Shown here in pieces: positions 12,901 to 13,832 of a stretch of DNA of 13,832 nt (position 1 is its first letter; each line of letters starts with the position of its first letter). The notes under the pieces are model-generated. The model was not told the DNA's origin and made no database searches. It saw nothing but the letters and a program-made list of their open reading frames with translations. The position numbers were made by a program, and so were the translations under genes. The stretch is from Candidatus Undinarchaeales archaeon (GTDB lineage: Archaea > SpSt-1190 > JASMDC01): contig JASMDC010000031.1 of assembly GCA_030753015.1 (NCBI GenBank), forward strand, positions 1 through 13,832, in the 5' to 3' direction.

Positions 12901-13832
12901 ATCCCGTTTCTTCACCTCCTCGGTTAATGTAGCAAAATTCATTTTGGGGAATGTCACTTCAAGTCCAAGATACTCCTTTGGGGGTAGCGAGATCTCACTG
13001 AAAATACGATGTAGCTTGACATCCCCTTCGGAACCAGTAATCACTGGAGGAACATCATTCTTGCATAATACGAGAAGCTCTGTCTTTTTTTCATAATCTG
13101 TCGAGAGGTCGATTTTCATCGACAGTATCTCTTCCTGATTTTGAAAATGGGATGTTTCGATGATATAATTAGTGAGGTTGAAATAGCTGTCAACAGGTGT
13201 TGGGAAGGTAGTATTGAGATTCTTGAATCCGGATCCCCCCGTGTTTCCGAGAAGTTCAAGTATCCCGCAACGGATGAATTCCATGGAGAAAGACTCAGGA
13301 TCAGTTAATTCGATTTCGTAGAAGGTCGAATCGGATCCGGATATTTTTGCTAGGTTGTGTATGACCGTCTCATGAATAGGGGAAATTTGGTAAATATCGT
13401 GTAGGTGCTCCTCGAGCTTGTCGAGCAGCAATTTATAGCTAATGGCAGAAGATGTGAAATTGAAGTCCGACACACGGCGAGTACCATAATGAGTATCATT
13501 CGCGTTACTAAAAGAAGTATTTACTAGGTCGATGCGTATCCTGCCGTCCAGGTGATCCTCAAACAAGAAATCCCCCTGGATAGAACGCTGGCGCCAGACA
13601 AGCTTCTTCTCATCTCGTTCGAGAATGTCATTACTCGTTCTAAATTCATCTTCGAGGGCCTGAAGATCAAGATTCGTATCCGTGTAGGCGTGTATTGTAT
13701 AGTTTGAATCCGTCGCGTTCAATGAGCGAAGGTAGACCTTTACGACGGTCTCGCCATAACGAGGCTCGTCAATACAAGTCTTTTTTTCATCCTTTTCTTC
13801 ACATGTCTGGAATTTTGTGGATTGGACATCTG
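9979..13832 (-). CDS. Large membrane-anchored cell-surface glycoprotein with DUF11/BatD-like Ig repeats (5'-partial, >1280 aa)
   Basis: The frame stays open from TTG 13722 to the window edge (…DVQSTKFQTCEEKDEKKTCIDEPRYGETVVKVYLRSL…), so the true start lies outside. It has many N-x-S/T sequons, a CGDGIC...CCEDCGC motif, about four Ig-like repeats (V-x-N-x-G...P...G-x-I/L-x-A-G/K), a TM helix at 10339-10407 and an acidic tail. Confidence 0.85.
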   Translation of the reverse strand, partial: DVQSTKFQTCEEKDEKKTCIDEPRYGETVVKVYLRSLNATDSNYTIHAYTDTNLDLQALEDEFRTSNDILERDEKKLVWRQRSIQGDFLFEDHLDGRIRIDLVNTSFSNANDTHYGTRRVSDFNFTSSAISYKLLLDKLEEHLHDIYQISPIHETVIHNLAKISGSDSTFYEIELTDPESFSMEFIRCGILELLGNTGGSGFKNLNTTFPTPVDSYFNLTNYIIETSHFQNQEEILSMKIDLSTDYEKKTELLVLCKNDVPPVITGSEGDVKLHRIFSEISLPPKEYLGLEVTFPKMNFATLTEEVKKRDILGLESDRSVRWRDHGFYYQAFSNGSVYVYNKGYISILSLRNLIEAIDSLETFFRSTGVSTDVPEDPGIISSIPIRWMEFRSKDSDRYNLKITNQSMLYDIGLKTICPNDLTISGLMFCGDHTILDRSQEGNNRIGLLKADTLTVTALANASLPMDMSLITKEGDYVSEKRHHTAVLPSFPIGPLCGDGICSELEERQVPGQPPSPGKIYCCEDCGCPKVVVEREFSDATPMIDEVVNVTAYVMNVGSVPAYNVIFNEVLPPGFIFVKGEKGFSGTIPAKGVVNFTYDMQAPEDGGETSYPPLLTLYFDASQNKFLVNASAKYMEVVLTEKDPQIVFSRIIKGEVALLRREIVKEMGETPDVIVLKSLSDLNPAVGDIVRAYVHVTNNLDEDIAITCVEPTSETLEFLDHTARFRDIPQIKEGRTIEYIYEMRAIRTGNFTIDPTRVLLNIGGLNQEFQSNEIKFKVLDNKANATTMFGGMNFTLMVENIGEGDAHNVTIYSAVGDDFFESKKWGEEYTWNGDLLAGEAKSVNITLTPYALGSYDLPPARVTYNDQDLKSHEVLANNTDVFYAAPAHFGLFPKIEIIGLLDKNDYNSTEDVNLEAIVFNHGEGTAFDLELNLTLSEGLECGTACGYTGSIPAGELVRVPLHLKRTGTEPPLRITLTSHCFDELGYEYVAQSFPLDVPLALPGSDITLFQVEQRYNQISETLNYNVRAFRPNLTAKIVFMFIPPSDMNFTGPEELVDENGTLILRTFRKLGSYSYKGLKDSMTQRINFPESRTQVFFVDLYGVAHSYVKESKDVLYDAKEVAAPTAEAAGDMSGTDEEDETNWLLIAMVGLVSISILGGGVYAVLSGLQGGGGTSAEDLEDTEVPDYVGGEDSEEESDAPVTEGMGGGIEGMEGGMPGMGGEGAEGGMPGMGGEGAEGGGWGDQQQQGWAPGGEEGGGEEGGAEGGGWQAPEGGEDDGSGGGGW
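10047..10081. repeat. 15-bp tandem repeat (2.3 copies) encoding GEEGG
   Basis: caccaccttcttcgc twice, plus cacca; exact copies. Confidence 0.85.
10121..10198. repeat. 36-bp tandem repeat (2 copies plus partial) encoding GMPGMGGEGAEG
   Basis: 10121-10156 and 10157-10192 differ at one base (10126 c vs 10162 t), followed by ccttcc. Confidence 0.9.

Noticed and set aside
13720-13722. TTG start of the 1247-aa ORF
   Set aside because: The frame is open to the window edge and no signal peptide follows this TTG, so the gene starts outside the window.

Overview
Archaeal, mostly GC-rich chromosomal window. argS (- strand) and a thymidylate-kinase-family gene (+ strand) diverge from one central TATA-like element. 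These are followed by two small hypothetical genes, a SepF-like gene, and a tightly packed four-gene run: an A24 prepilin/prearchaellin peptidase, then arcS, raSEA and tgtA. The last three encode all tRNA-level steps of archaeosine (G+) synthesis. A very large, 5'-truncated, membrane-anchored surface glycoprotein with DUF11/BatD-like Ig repeats converges on tgtA. The most notable observations are: (i) a PIP-box-like C-terminal tail on a kinase with a non-canonical active site; (ii) the complete arcS-raSEA-tgtA cluster coupled to a pilin peptidase, with an altered base pocket in TgtA; (iii) an ~85-aa 'FxWxxIPG' domain inserted in the peptidase; (iv) a compositionally mosaic surface protein with an apparently nested Ig domain and an acidic GGM/GW tail lacking basic residues. 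No tRNA, rRNA, CRISPR array or transposase was recognised. All family assignments come from motif recognition by eye; no database search was run.
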